Assembly: GCA_903845055.1 (NCBI GenBank)
Contig: CAIMWF010000072.1
Span: 4,173 to 68,172 of the forward strand
Direction: 5' to 3'
From: an uncultured Bacteroidales bacterium
Lineage (GTDB): Bacteria; Bacteroidota; Bacteroidia; Bacteroidales; FEN-979
Length of the DNA: 64,000 nt
Below, piece by piece: positions 35,624 to 44,473 of this stretch (its first letter is position 1; each line of letters opens with the position of its first letter). A program made the position numbers and the translations under genes. The notes below the pieces were generated by a model. That model was given only the letters and a program-made list of their open reading frames with translations, was not told the origin of the DNA and searched no databases.

Positions 35624-37618
35624 CTACCTGACAACAACCAGTTTCCTGAATGAGATGCTGTTGCCTGCAGTGAGCTTGTAAATGTAGGTTCCGGCTGCGA
35701 ACTTTGAACAATCGATCGGAACCTCGTGCATGCCTGCCTCCTGCATCGAAGCCACCGGTCTTTCCAGCTCGATTCCCAGCATATCGGTAAGGTCGATCCT
35801 GGCACTCATCGGCCGGTCGATGCGGTAACGAATGGTTGTGATGTTCGAGGCAGGGTTCGGAATGCACGGGTAGAGGTAAACACCACCGGCCTGCATCTCC
35901 TGGCCATCATCCACAACAGTACCGCCGCCTTTCAAAACGATCATCCTGTTTGGATCGAACTGAAGATATACAGGTTGTTTGTTCACAATCCAGTAAAATT
36001 GCTGGAAGTTGACATCGTTCATTACCCTGAAGGTGGTATCCGTGCCATTGCTGAAATGAAGCAGAATCTCAACCGGCATCTTGAAAAAGGAGGGATTCGC
36101 CTGGATCTGTTTGATAAACAGGTTGACCTTCCATGTTCCATTTCCCTGCGACTGGATGTTGTAGGAATTCTGGTATACGGGATGATTCGGCTTAAAAATC
36201 CATTCGTCGAAGAACCAGTCATAATTCCCGCCGGTCACCTGGTTCACCTTTGCATTGAAATCCTGAATGGTTGCCGATTGGAATTTGAAGACCGAATCGG
36301 CGCAATAGGAATGCAGTGTCGCAAAGAACAGCGAATCACCCAGTACGTAGCGCAACTGGTGCAGCACACTGGCACCTTTCATGTAGGTAATGGGATAATC
36401 GAAAAGTGTATCGGTGGGAGGGGTGTTGACAGCCCACTCAGGGTTAGAGATGGCAAAACCCGGGTTGGTTGAAAGATAATAGTTTGCATCCCCGTCGATG
36501 GAGGACTTATAGGCAGGGTAACCGCCATAGCTTTCATACCAGAATGCCTCGCTCCAGGTGGCAAATCCTTCATTGAGCCATATGTCGGCCCAGGTTCCGC
36601 AGGTAATCATGTCGCCGAACCATTGGTGTGCAAATTCATGAGCCGCAAGGCTTTCAGTCCAGCATCCCGGGCAAAGACTTGTCAGGGTCTGGTTTTCCAT
36701 TCCGCCCCAGGCAAAATCGGAATTCAGCGTGGCAAAACCATTCTTGTCGAAGGGATGTTCAATGTAATTCTGCGAATACCAGGTGGTCATGGCTGGCAGG
36801 ATGGAGGAGACCGGTAAAGGATTTTCACCCGCGTTAAAATAATAGCGAAGTGGGATGCTGTCGGCGGGATTGCTCAGTTTATGCCAGTAATTGATATTGA
36901 GCTGGAAATTTACCTTGGAAGAAAGCACCATGAGGTATGTAGCGACATTCTGGTTGGAGACCCAATGATAGGTAAGGGTGTCACCTGCAAGCACCGAATC
37001 GGCAAGCATGCCGTTTGATCCCAGTTTCACGGTCGATTTGACCTTTGCGGTCAGTTCAAAAAGAGCCTTGTCTGATGGATGGTCCCAGCATGGAAACCAG
37101 TTGCGGGCTCCCTCGGGTTCACAATCGGTGAAGACAAAACCTGTGTTCACATAAAAGGCATGATCCACCACATCCTTATGGTGGTAAAATATTTTCACGT
37201 TTACGGTGGCGCCCGGGGAGTAACTATGGTCGAGGTGAACAGTAAGAGTGTCGGAGGCATGGGTGAAGGATGAACCTGCAAGCCTCACTGAATCAATGGT
37301 AAGAGAAGTATTCACAGCATTCAGCTTGATCGAGTTCAGGGCATTCACAACCTTGAAAGTGATGACGACATTCCCGGAAAAAGTCTTCGGGTAAGGGGTG
37401 ACATAACAATGGTAAAGATCCACGTTCATTGCGTACTTGGTCACATCATAGGTGTGCGGCGGCACAGTGAGGAAGTTGAAGGGCTTCTTCGGGATGATGC
37501 GCCCGGCCGCCTTTTTCATCGCACAGTAATAGGAGCCTGATCCGGGAACCTGGTCCTGTGATGATCCGAAGGATACCGCCAAGAAGAACAGCAGGGAAAA
37601 GAGAATGGAACGTTTCAT
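35624..37618 (-). CDS. M1 family metallopeptidase with T9SS C-terminal sorting domain
   Basis: 'HEFAHQWFGDMITCGTWADIWLNEGFATW' carries the zinc motif. The signal peptide is 'MKRSILFSLLFFLAVSFG'. The last ~80 aa ('YPCIPNPASNITTIRYRI...GTYIYKLTAGNSISFRKLVVVR') fit the Por/T9SS CTD. Confidence 0.85.
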   Translation of the reverse strand: MKRSILFSLLFFLAVSFGSSQDQVPGSGSYYCAMKKAAGRIIPKKPFNFLTVPPHTYDVTKYAMNVDLYHCYVTPYPKTFSGNVVITFKVVNALNSIKLNAVNTSLTIDSVRLAGSSFTHASDTLTVHLDHSYSPGATVNVKIFYHHKDVVDHAFYVNTGFVFTDCEPEGARNWFPCWDHPSDKALFELTAKVKSTVKLGSNGMLADSVLAGDTLTYHWVSNQNVATYLMVLSSKVNFQLNINYWHKLSNPADSIPLRYYFNAGENPLPVSSILPAMTTWYSQNYIEHPFDKNGFATLNSDFAWGGMENQTLTSLCPGCWTESLAAHEFAHQWFGDMITCGTWADIWLNEGFATWSEAFWYESYGGYPAYKSSIDGDANYYLSTNPGFAISNPEWAVNTPPTDTLFDYPITYMKGASVLHQLRYVLGDSLFFATLHSYCADSVFKFQSATIQDFNAKVNQVTGGNYDWFFDEWIFKPNHPVYQNSYNIQSQGNGTWKVNLFIKQIQANPSFFKMPVEILLHFSNGTDTTFRVMNDVNFQQFYWIVNKQPVYLQFDPNRMIVLKGGGTVVDDGQEMQAGGVYLYPCIPNPASNITTIRYRIDRPMSARIDLTDMLGIELERPVASMQEAGMHEVPIDCSKFAAGTYIYKLTAGNSISFRKLVVVR

Positions 37619-37649
37619 GAATAGAGTTTTTACAGGAGAATGGTTGTCA

Positions 37650-37657
37650 CAAAAATA
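37650..37657 (-). promoter_or_regulatory. Candidate -7 promoter box for the tandem M1 peptidase genes
   Basis: The minus strand reads TATTTTTG, 32 nt upstream of the ATG at 37618. Confidence 0.55.
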
Positions 37658-37773
37658 CTGAATTTCCAGCGAATGAAGCAGTATGCGTGCAATATCTTTT
37701 CATGAATACCGGTTTCTCCCGGAAGATATGAGGGGATTTAAAGATGGCGTAAGGTTCTTACGAAAAAAACAGA

Positions 37774-37781
37774 TATTTTTG
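37774..37781 (+). promoter_or_regulatory. Candidate -7 promoter box for the substrate-binding lipoprotein gene
   Basis: TATTTTTG, 12 nt upstream of the ATG. Confidence 0.55.
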
Positions 37782-37792
37782 TTCCCGGTGTT

Positions 37793-39424
37793 ATGAAAAA
37801 AATCACGCTTATCATCCTGGCAAACTTCCTGGTCCTGGCCTCCTGCACCCATCGAAGGGAAGAGCCCGGGAAAACCGTTTTCAGGTACAACGAGGCTGCC
37901 GGGATCACCACGCTCGACCCCGCATTTGCAAGGGATCAGACCATCATATGGGCAGTCAACCAGCTTTTCAGCGGGCTTGTTCAACTGAACGGCAGGATGG
38001 AGATTCGTCCCTGTATTGCGAAAACATGGGAGGTCTCCGGTTCCGGACTGGTGTATACATTTCATCTGCGCAACGACGTTTTTTTTCATGACAACGCCGT
38101 TTTTCCTGCAGGACGGGGCAGGAGGGCGACTGCGGGTGATTTTGTATTCTCTTTCCAACGCATTGCCGACCCTGCGGTCGCCTCTCCCGGTGCCTGGATA
38201 TTTAACAATGTTGCCGGGGAAAACGGTGGCAAAGCCTTCGAAGCGCCCGACGACTCTACGGTCGTCATTCGCCTTGCAAGCCCATACCCTCCCTTCCTGA
38301 GTCTCCTCAGCATGCAGTATTGTTCGGTGGTTTCCAAGGAGTCCGTGGTTTTTTACGGCGCTGATTTCAGGAGGAACCCGGTCGGCACAGGCCCCTTCAT
38401 GTTTAAAATGTGGCAGGAAGGGGTGAAGCTCGTTTTCGTGAAAAACAACCGTTATTTCGAAAAGGAGCACGGTGAATCCTTGCCATTTCTCGATGCTGTA
38501 TCCATCTCGTTTGTCCCCGACAAACAGTCATCATTCCTGGAGTTCATCAAAGGAAACCTTGACTTCCTCTCGGGTATCGACCCCACTTACAAAGACGAAC
38601 TACTGACCCGCAATGGAAAGCTGCAGGCAAAATATGCAGCAAGAATCAGGCTGATCACTCAACCCTATCTAAATACTGAATATCTTGGTTTTATGGTTGA
38701 TAATAAAGATCATCTGAATAATAAATTTAACATATCCGACAGACGCATCCGGCAGGCGGTCAGCCTGGCATTCGACAGGAAAAAGATGATCACCTACCTG
38801 CGCAACAACATCGGGACCCCTGGTTTCCAGGGCATCACCCCAAGGGGACTGCCCTCCTTTGATTCTGCAACGGTATTTTATGATTATAATCCCGAAAAGG
38901 CAAGACAGTTGCTGGCCTCGGCCGGTTTTCCCGAAGGGAGGGGGCTTCCGCCGCTGGTGCTTACTTCCACTCCCGACTATCTCGATATCTGCAAATATAT
39001 CCAGCACCAGGTGGCCATGATCGGCATTAACCTGGAAATTGAGGTCAGTCCTCCTGCTGCAGTCAAGGAGATGAAAGCCGAAGCTAAACTTCCTTTTTTC
39101 AGGGCTTCCTGGATCGCCGATTATCCCGATGCGGAAAATTACCTGTCAATGTTTTATTCGAAAAATTTCTGCCCGAGAGGACCCAATTACACCCATTTTT
39201 CAAATTCCGGGTTTGATGCGCTTTATGAGAAATCCATGTTGACGGTGGATGATTCGCTGCGGTTCCTATATTACCGCAGGATGGAAAAGATCATGATGGA
39301 AGAGGCCCCCGTCGTGGTGCTTTATTATGACCAGGTGCTTAGATTTGTGCAGGATAACATCACAGGACTCGGCAGCAACCCCATGAACCTGCTCGACCTG
39401 AAACGTGTTAAAAAGCTACCGTAA
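37793..39424 (+). CDS. ABC transporter substrate-binding lipoprotein, family 5 (peptide/nickel type)
   Basis: Lipobox 'LVLASC'. The SBP_bac_5-like pattern runs throughout ('TLDPAFARDQ', 'WIADYPDAENYL'). No permease or ATPase gene is adjacent. Confidence 0.8.
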   Translation: MKKITLIILANFLVLASCTHRREEPGKTVFRYNEAAGITTLDPAFARDQTIIWAVNQLFSGLVQLNGRMEIRPCIAKTWEVSGSGLVYTFHLRNDVFFHDNAVFPAGRGRRATAGDFVFSFQRIADPAVASPGAWIFNNVAGENGGKAFEAPDDSTVVIRLASPYPPFLSLLSMQYCSVVSKESVVFYGADFRRNPVGTGPFMFKMWQEGVKLVFVKNNRYFEKEHGESLPFLDAVSISFVPDKQSSFLEFIKGNLDFLSGIDPTYKDELLTRNGKLQAKYAARIRLITQPYLNTEYLGFMVDNKDHLNNKFNISDRRIRQAVSLAFDRKKMITYLRNNIGTPGFQGITPRGLPSFDSATVFYDYNPEKARQLLASAGFPEGRGLPPLVLTSTPDYLDICKYIQHQVAMIGINLEIEVSPPAAVKEMKAEAKLPFFRASWIADYPDAENYLSMFYSKNFCPRGPNYTHFSNSGFDALYEKSMLTVDDSLRFLYYRRMEKIMMEEAPVVVLYYDQVLRFVQDNITGLGSNPMNLLDLKRVKKLP

Positions 39425-40172
39425 GCCCGTCGTATGCCAGTTTTACATTGTCGGGCAACTCACGGCTCACCTCCTCCACCGTGCCCATCTGGTGGCTGAT
39501 GTGGGTGAGGAATCCTTGTTCGGGAGCTAGTTCCCGCATCAGGGCAAGCGCCTGGTCAAGGTTGAAATGAGAATAATGCTTTTGTCTCCTAAGGGCATTC
39601 AATACCAGTATCCTGGATCCCAATATCTTTTGTTTTTCCTCCTCTGCAATATCCGCGGCGTCGGTGATATAGGTCAGATCGCCTATTCTGAACCCGAAAA
39701 CATACAGATCGTTGTAATGCCTGGCTTTTATGGGGATAACCTGCTCGCCGTTGCATTGGAAAGATTCGTTCCGGATGGTGTGAAGGTTCATCAATGGGAC
39801 CCCGGGATAGGGATTTTTCTCGAAAGCATAGGCAAAGTCATTTTTCACGGCTGCCTGTACTTCGACCGAGGCATAGATATCAACCGCCCGGTGGTTGATA
39901 TAATTGAGTGCCCTTACGTCGTCAAGACCGGCAATATGATCTTTGTGTTCGTGGGTAAGCAGGATGGCATCAACAGAACAAATTCCGGCCCGTAGCATCT
40001 GTTGTCGGAAATCGGGTCCGCAATCGATGATCATCCGCTGCCGGCCGGTTTCGATCGAAACGGACGACCGCAGGCGGTTATCGCGTGGGTCGGCCGAAAA
40101 ACACACCCTGCATCCGCAGCCGATCACGGGCACACCCTGCGAGGTACCAGTGCCCAGAAAGTTAATTTGCAT
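39408..40172 (-). CDS. MBL-fold metallo-hydrolase
   Basis: 'LLTHEHKDHIAGLDD' is the HxHxDH motif. I prefer the ATG at 40172 over the GTG at 40175. Confidence 0.8.
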   Translation of the reverse strand: MQINFLGTGTSQGVPVIGCGCRVCFSADPRDNRLRSSVSIETGRQRMIIDCGPDFRQQMLRAGICSVDAILLTHEHKDHIAGLDDVRALNYINHRAVDIYASVEVQAAVKNDFAYAFEKNPYPGVPLMNLHTIRNESFQCNGEQVIPIKARHYNDLYVFGFRIGDLTYITDAADIAEEEKQKILGSRILVLNALRRQKHYSHFNLDQALALMRELAPEQGFLTHISHQMGTVEEVSRELPDNVKLAYDGLTVAF

Positions 40173-40188
40173 CACACCATATTTCCTG

Positions 40189-40196
40189 CAAAGATA
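40189..40196 (-). promoter_or_regulatory. Candidate -7 promoter box for the MBL-fold hydrolase gene
   Basis: The minus strand reads TATCTTTG, 17 nt upstream of the ATG at 40172. Confidence 0.55.
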
Positions 40197-40331
40197 GCCT
40201 CAATGTAGCTGACCCGCACTGTCGGCAAGGTCCAACTTTTCTATTTTATTAACATTTGACCGATACTTCCCCGTGAACATGGCCGTTATTAAGATATTAA
40301 GTTGATTTTTGAAAGGTCCGGCACTATTTCT

Positions 40332-40339
40332 TATCTTTG
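40332..40339 (+). promoter_or_regulatory. Candidate -7 promoter box for the hypothetical gene and dapA
   Basis: TATCTTTG, 35 nt upstream of the ATG at 40374. Confidence 0.55.
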
Positions 40340-40373
40340 CAGGATCAGTTTTAATTTACCTAATAACTGAATA

Positions 40374-40931
40374 ATGTTCCAGAATATCCGCATCAAGATC
40401 GGTCAGTATTATTACAGGAAAGAACAGACACAGGTTGACCGTCCGTGCAAAATGACCAACCTTGAAGATGCACGTCGCATCGGCATCCTGTATACGCTGG
40501 ATGAAGTTCCCGATTACGACCGCGTTTCGGAGTTTGTTTCTCAGCTTCAGGGAAAACAAAAGGAGGTAAAGGCACTTGGTTTTGTAAATAATAAAAACCT
40601 GATCCAGCGTTTTTTACCGAAATTATCCTACGATTTCTTCTCAAACCGCGATCTGACATGGTTTTACAAACCGATCCACACTCAGGTTAAGGATTTTATT
40701 GAAAAGGAGTTTGACCTTCTTATCGATCTCAGTTTACACGACAATTTCCCGCTGAAATATATTTCAGGACTCTCGAAGGCCCTGCTTCGCGTGGGTAAAT
40801 TTTCGGAAGAGAATACGGCCTATTATGACCTGATGATCGACATGAAACCCTCGATGACCAGTGAGGAATACCTTGGACAAATTCAGCACTATCTTACAAT
40901 TATCAACCCTCATGCGAAAAGGTTATCTTAA
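40374..40931 (+). CDS. Conserved hypothetical protein (Bacteroidota family usually found upstream of dapA)
   Basis: 185 aa with a TAnnTTTG box 35 nt upstream and no known motif. The 3' end overlaps the dapA start by 20 nt. Confidence 0.5.
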   Translation: MFQNIRIKIGQYYYRKEQTQVDRPCKMTNLEDARRIGILYTLDEVPDYDRVSEFVSQLQGKQKEVKALGFVNNKNLIQRFLPKLSYDFFSNRDLTWFYKPIHTQVKDFIEKEFDLLIDLSLHDNFPLKYISGLSKALLRVGKFSEENTAYYDLMIDMKPSMTSEEYLGQIQHYLTIINPHAKRLS

Positions 40932-41805
40932 ATTCGGCGGAACGGGCGTCGCCATTGTCACCCCGTTTAAAAAATCCGGTGCGATCGATTTTGAAGCATT
41001 CGAAAGGCTGATCAATCATACCATCGGGGGCGGAGTCGGGTTTATCGTAGTTCTGGGCACCACCGGTGAGTCGGCTACCGTTTCAAAAAACGAAAAAAAG
41101 GCCCTTGTTGAATTCTCGGTTGAGGCGATAAACAAGCGTGTCCCCCTGGTTGTGGGTATTGGCGGCAACAGTACGGCCGATGTGGTGCTTACCATTCACG
41201 GAACACCACTGAAAGGTGTGGACGGCATCCTTTCTGTTTGTCCATACTATACCAAACCTAACCAGGAGGGGATTTACCAGCACTACAAAATTATTTCCGA
41301 GTCAAGCCCCGTCCCGGTGATCCTTTATACAGTCCCTGGCCGTACAGGCAGCAACATCACAGCCGACACCACCCTGCGTCTTGCCAACGACTGCGGGAAT
41401 ATCGTTGGTATCAAAGAGGCCTCCGGGAACTTTGACCAGATTTTCCAGGTTATCAAAAACCGACCCGCCGATTTCCTTGTCCTCTCGGGCGATGACGGGA
41501 TTACGCTTCCCTTGCTTGCCACAGGCGCCGATGGCCTGATATCCGTCACAGCGAACGCCTATCCGAAAGAAGTGTCCGGGATGGTGAGTCTCGGCCTGGC
41601 CGGGAATTTTAAGCAGGCAGCTGTTTTGCACTACAAACTCATTGATTTCACCAATGCCTTGTTCGCCGATGGCAGTCCGGGAGGCATCAAGGCAGCTCTG
41701 GAAATTATGAAACTATGCAGCAACAATCTTCGGTTGCCGCTTGTTCCCGTGAACCAGGAAATCTATTACCGGATAAAAAAACTCATAGACCAATTCGAGC
41801 AGTAA
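40912..41805 (+). CDS. dapA: 4-hydroxy-tetrahydrodipicolinate synthase
   Basis: 'GTGVAIVTPF', 'VVLGTTGES' and 'IVGIKEASGN' (Schiff-base Lys). The ATG at 40912 lies inside a longer track ORF. Confidence 0.9.
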   Translation: MRKGYLKFGGTGVAIVTPFKKSGAIDFEAFERLINHTIGGGVGFIVVLGTTGESATVSKNEKKALVEFSVEAINKRVPLVVGIGGNSTADVVLTIHGTPLKGVDGILSVCPYYTKPNQEGIYQHYKIISESSPVPVILYTVPGRTGSNITADTTLRLANDCGNIVGIKEASGNFDQIFQVIKNRPADFLVLSGDDGITLPLLATGADGLISVTANAYPKEVSGMVSLGLAGNFKQAAVLHYKLIDFTNALFADGSPGGIKAALEIMKLCSNNLRLPLVPVNQEIYYRIKKLIDQFEQ

Positions 41806-41806
41806 T

Positions 41807-43534
41807 ATGAAAAAATTTCTATCCTCCTGTTTTATCATAGTATTCCTTGCATCCTCCTGGGCCTCCAGTGGCCAGAAATCGGTGCAACTGACCCTCGACA
41901 GCATTTTCAACAGCAGGGGAGAGGTTTACTTTAAATTTTTCGTCCGCCACAGGGATGATATCAGGACTCTTTCCAGCGAGATCTCGATCGACCGGGTTAA
42001 AGGCGATGAAGTTTTTGCCTATGCGAACCGGAAGGAGTTTGACGCTTTCATGAAACACCAGGTTGCCTTTACCCTGTTGCAGGCACCGGGAACCCTGCTC
42101 AGCCAGGCAGAACTGAACCCTTGCGGAACCAACCGCCCGCTGAATACTTCGGCATGGGATTTCTACCCTACCTACGACCAGTATGTGGGTTTCATGGCTG
42201 GCTTCGCAACGGCCCACCCCAACCTCTGCAGGCTCGACACCGTCGGGACAACGGTCCAGGGACGACTGATTCTTGCCGTGAAAATAAGCAAAAACGTGAA
42301 TACTGACGAAGGAGAACCACAACTTCTATACACCTCGTCCATCCACGGTGATGAAACCACAGGCTATATTCTCATGCTGCACCTGATTGACTACCTGCTG
42401 TCGGGTTACGGAACCGATCCTGTAGCAACCAACCTGCTCAATACCACCGAAATATTCATCAACCCGCTTGCGAATCCCGACGGCACCTACCACGGCGGTA
42501 ACGGTTCGGTAAGCGGGGCTATCCGTTACAATGCAAACGGTATCGACCTCAACAGGAATTATCCCGATCCCCAGGCGGGACAACACCCCGACGGAAATGC
42601 ATGGCAACCTGAAACCCAGGCCTGGATGGCATATGCCAGTGCCAACCGGTTTACCATGTCGGCAAATTTCCACGGCGGTTCCGAAGTCTTTAACTATCCC
42701 TGGGATACCTGGTCCAAACTAACTGCAGATGATGACTGGTGGCAGTTTGTCGCTCGCGAATGGGCCGATACCGTTCACAAATACGGGCCGGCCGGCTATT
42801 TTACCGACCAGAATAATGGAATTACGAATGGTTACCAGTGGTATTACGTCACCGGCGGACGGCAGGATTATATGAATTATTTTCAGCATTGTCGTGAAGT
42901 AACGGTTGAGTTATCGTATACCAAACTACTACCGGCCAATCAATTGGTAAATTATTGGAATTACAATTACCATACATTTCTCAATTATATCAATGAGACC
43001 CATTTTGGTTTCAACGGGGTGGTAACCGATACGGTCACCGACCTGCCACTGGCTGCCAAGGTTTACATTACGCTCCACGATATGGATAACTCCGAAATGT
43101 ATTCCCATCAGCCGTCGGGTTTTTATGCCAGGCCTATTTATGACGGGAGTTATAATGTCACTTTTTCGGCAGCCGGTTATTTTTCCAAAACGGTCAGCAG
43201 CGTAAACACTGCAAAATACACGACCCACCACCTGGATGTCCAGCTTAAGCCTTTGACCTACGGACTGCAGGACAGGGTGGTGAATTCGGTCATGGTCTTT
43301 CCGAATCCTTCCGACGGACATTTCAGTCTCAACCTGCCCGATCATGTCAATCCATCCTGTTCGGTACAAGTCATCAACACCTTCGGGAAAATTGTTTACT
43401 CTTCAGAAGTGGCTCCCGGAACAGGGACCCGAACAGTGCCGGTCAACCTGGCCGGACTGCCGGAAGGTCTTTACTTCGTGGAATTCAACTCGGGTTACCA
43501 GATCTACTTCGATAAGCTGATCATCAGGCGGTAG
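41807..43534 (+). CDS. M14 family zinc carboxypeptidase with T9SS C-terminal sorting domain
   Basis: 'SIHGDETTG' carries the HxxE zinc motif, and 'NFHGG' is present. The C-terminal 'VFPNPSDGHFSLNL...GLYFVEFNSGYQIYFDKLIIRR' is a T9SS CTD. Confidence 0.85.
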   Translation: MKKFLSSCFIIVFLASSWASSGQKSVQLTLDSIFNSRGEVYFKFFVRHRDDIRTLSSEISIDRVKGDEVFAYANRKEFDAFMKHQVAFTLLQAPGTLLSQAELNPCGTNRPLNTSAWDFYPTYDQYVGFMAGFATAHPNLCRLDTVGTTVQGRLILAVKISKNVNTDEGEPQLLYTSSIHGDETTGYILMLHLIDYLLSGYGTDPVATNLLNTTEIFINPLANPDGTYHGGNGSVSGAIRYNANGIDLNRNYPDPQAGQHPDGNAWQPETQAWMAYASANRFTMSANFHGGSEVFNYPWDTWSKLTADDDWWQFVAREWADTVHKYGPAGYFTDQNNGITNGYQWYYVTGGRQDYMNYFQHCREVTVELSYTKLLPANQLVNYWNYNYHTFLNYINETHFGFNGVVTDTVTDLPLAAKVYITLHDMDNSEMYSHQPSGFYARPIYDGSYNVTFSAAGYFSKTVSSVNTAKYTTHHLDVQLKPLTYGLQDRVVNSVMVFPNPSDGHFSLNLPDHVNPSCSVQVINTFGKIVYSSEVAPGTGTRTVPVNLAGLPEGLYFVEFNSGYQIYFDKLIIRR

Positions 43535-43540
43535 GAGAGT

Positions 43541-44470
43541 TTACAACCGCACACCGATTCCGAACACAATCCTGAACAGCACCAGGAACACGATCGTAAC
43601 CGCGATCCATTGCGCCCTGATCCTGATGGTGCGGGGCTCCTCGTCGAAATACATGTCATGGAAACTCACACTGCGGACAAACAGCGGGATCATGATAAGG
43701 ATACCAGAAATATTCAACGAGCTGTCGAAATAGCTGAATTTAGGTGCTTTCAGCAATAAAATGAAGAAGTTGCCAAGCAGGAAGGGGATGAAAAACTGGT
43801 TGAAAAGGAAACGGAACCTGTAAGACCGCCGAAGGTCGTTGAAATAGGTGTTTGCAGAAAACAAAAACAATTGAAAGAGCAGCAGCCCGGCGGTGAACAT
43901 GATGACGAACACCAGGATCGATAAAATGACTTTCGGGGTGTCGGTAACATACATGTAAAGCAGTACATGGCCGAATTCCTTTCCCATCAGCGCCCCCACC
44001 ATGATAGAGCCGAAAAAACGGGTTAAGGCATGGTAGATCATCCATAGTACCAGCAAACGCAATATCCCGGTTTCGGTGGCAACCGTTGCATAAAGGATGA
44101 GCAGCAACAGCGCAAGCACGAACATGGCAACCACCCCCACGCTGAAAACCCCTGTGACCATGTCGGTCGTCCAGTCGATCCCCCTGATGAGAAAATCAAC
44201 CCTGTCGTAGTAAACGACTGTCGGGATGTCAAAGAGGGTTGCAGTAAAGGCAGTGATGAAAAGGTTCAGAAGGTAAACGACCAGGTAGGCCAGCATGAAC
44301 ATGAAAAAAGAGTTCATCGAAATGATCCTGAAAGTTCCCTTTGGGAATGCCTTCTTCGTGGATCCGTCTACCTCCGGTAATGAGAATAAGGTCCCCTTGC
44401 TGACAAGAAAGCGGATTTTGCGGTAGGCGATGTAAAACCTGTTGTCGGGTGAGAACAACCTCTTCGGCAT
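43541..44470 (-). CDS. Polytopic membrane protein, function unknown
   Basis: 309 aa with about 7 hydrophobic helices. Its ATG is 3 nt downstream of the stop of the alpha-oxoamine synthase gene, so the two are probably co-transcribed. Confidence 0.5.
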   Translation of the reverse strand: MPKRLFSPDNRFYIAYRKIRFLVSKGTLFSLPEVDGSTKKAFPKGTFRIISMNSFFMFMLAYLVVYLLNLFITAFTATLFDIPTVVYYDRVDFLIRGIDWTTDMVTGVFSVGVVAMFVLALLLLILYATVATETGILRLLVLWMIYHALTRFFGSIMVGALMGKEFGHVLLYMYVTDTPKVILSILVFVIMFTAGLLLFQLFLFSANTYFNDLRRSYRFRFLFNQFFIPFLLGNFFILLLKAPKFSYFDSSLNISGILIMIPLFVRSVSFHDMYFDEEPRTIRIRAQWIAVTIVFLVLFRIVFGIGVRL

Positions 44471-44473
44471 TTT

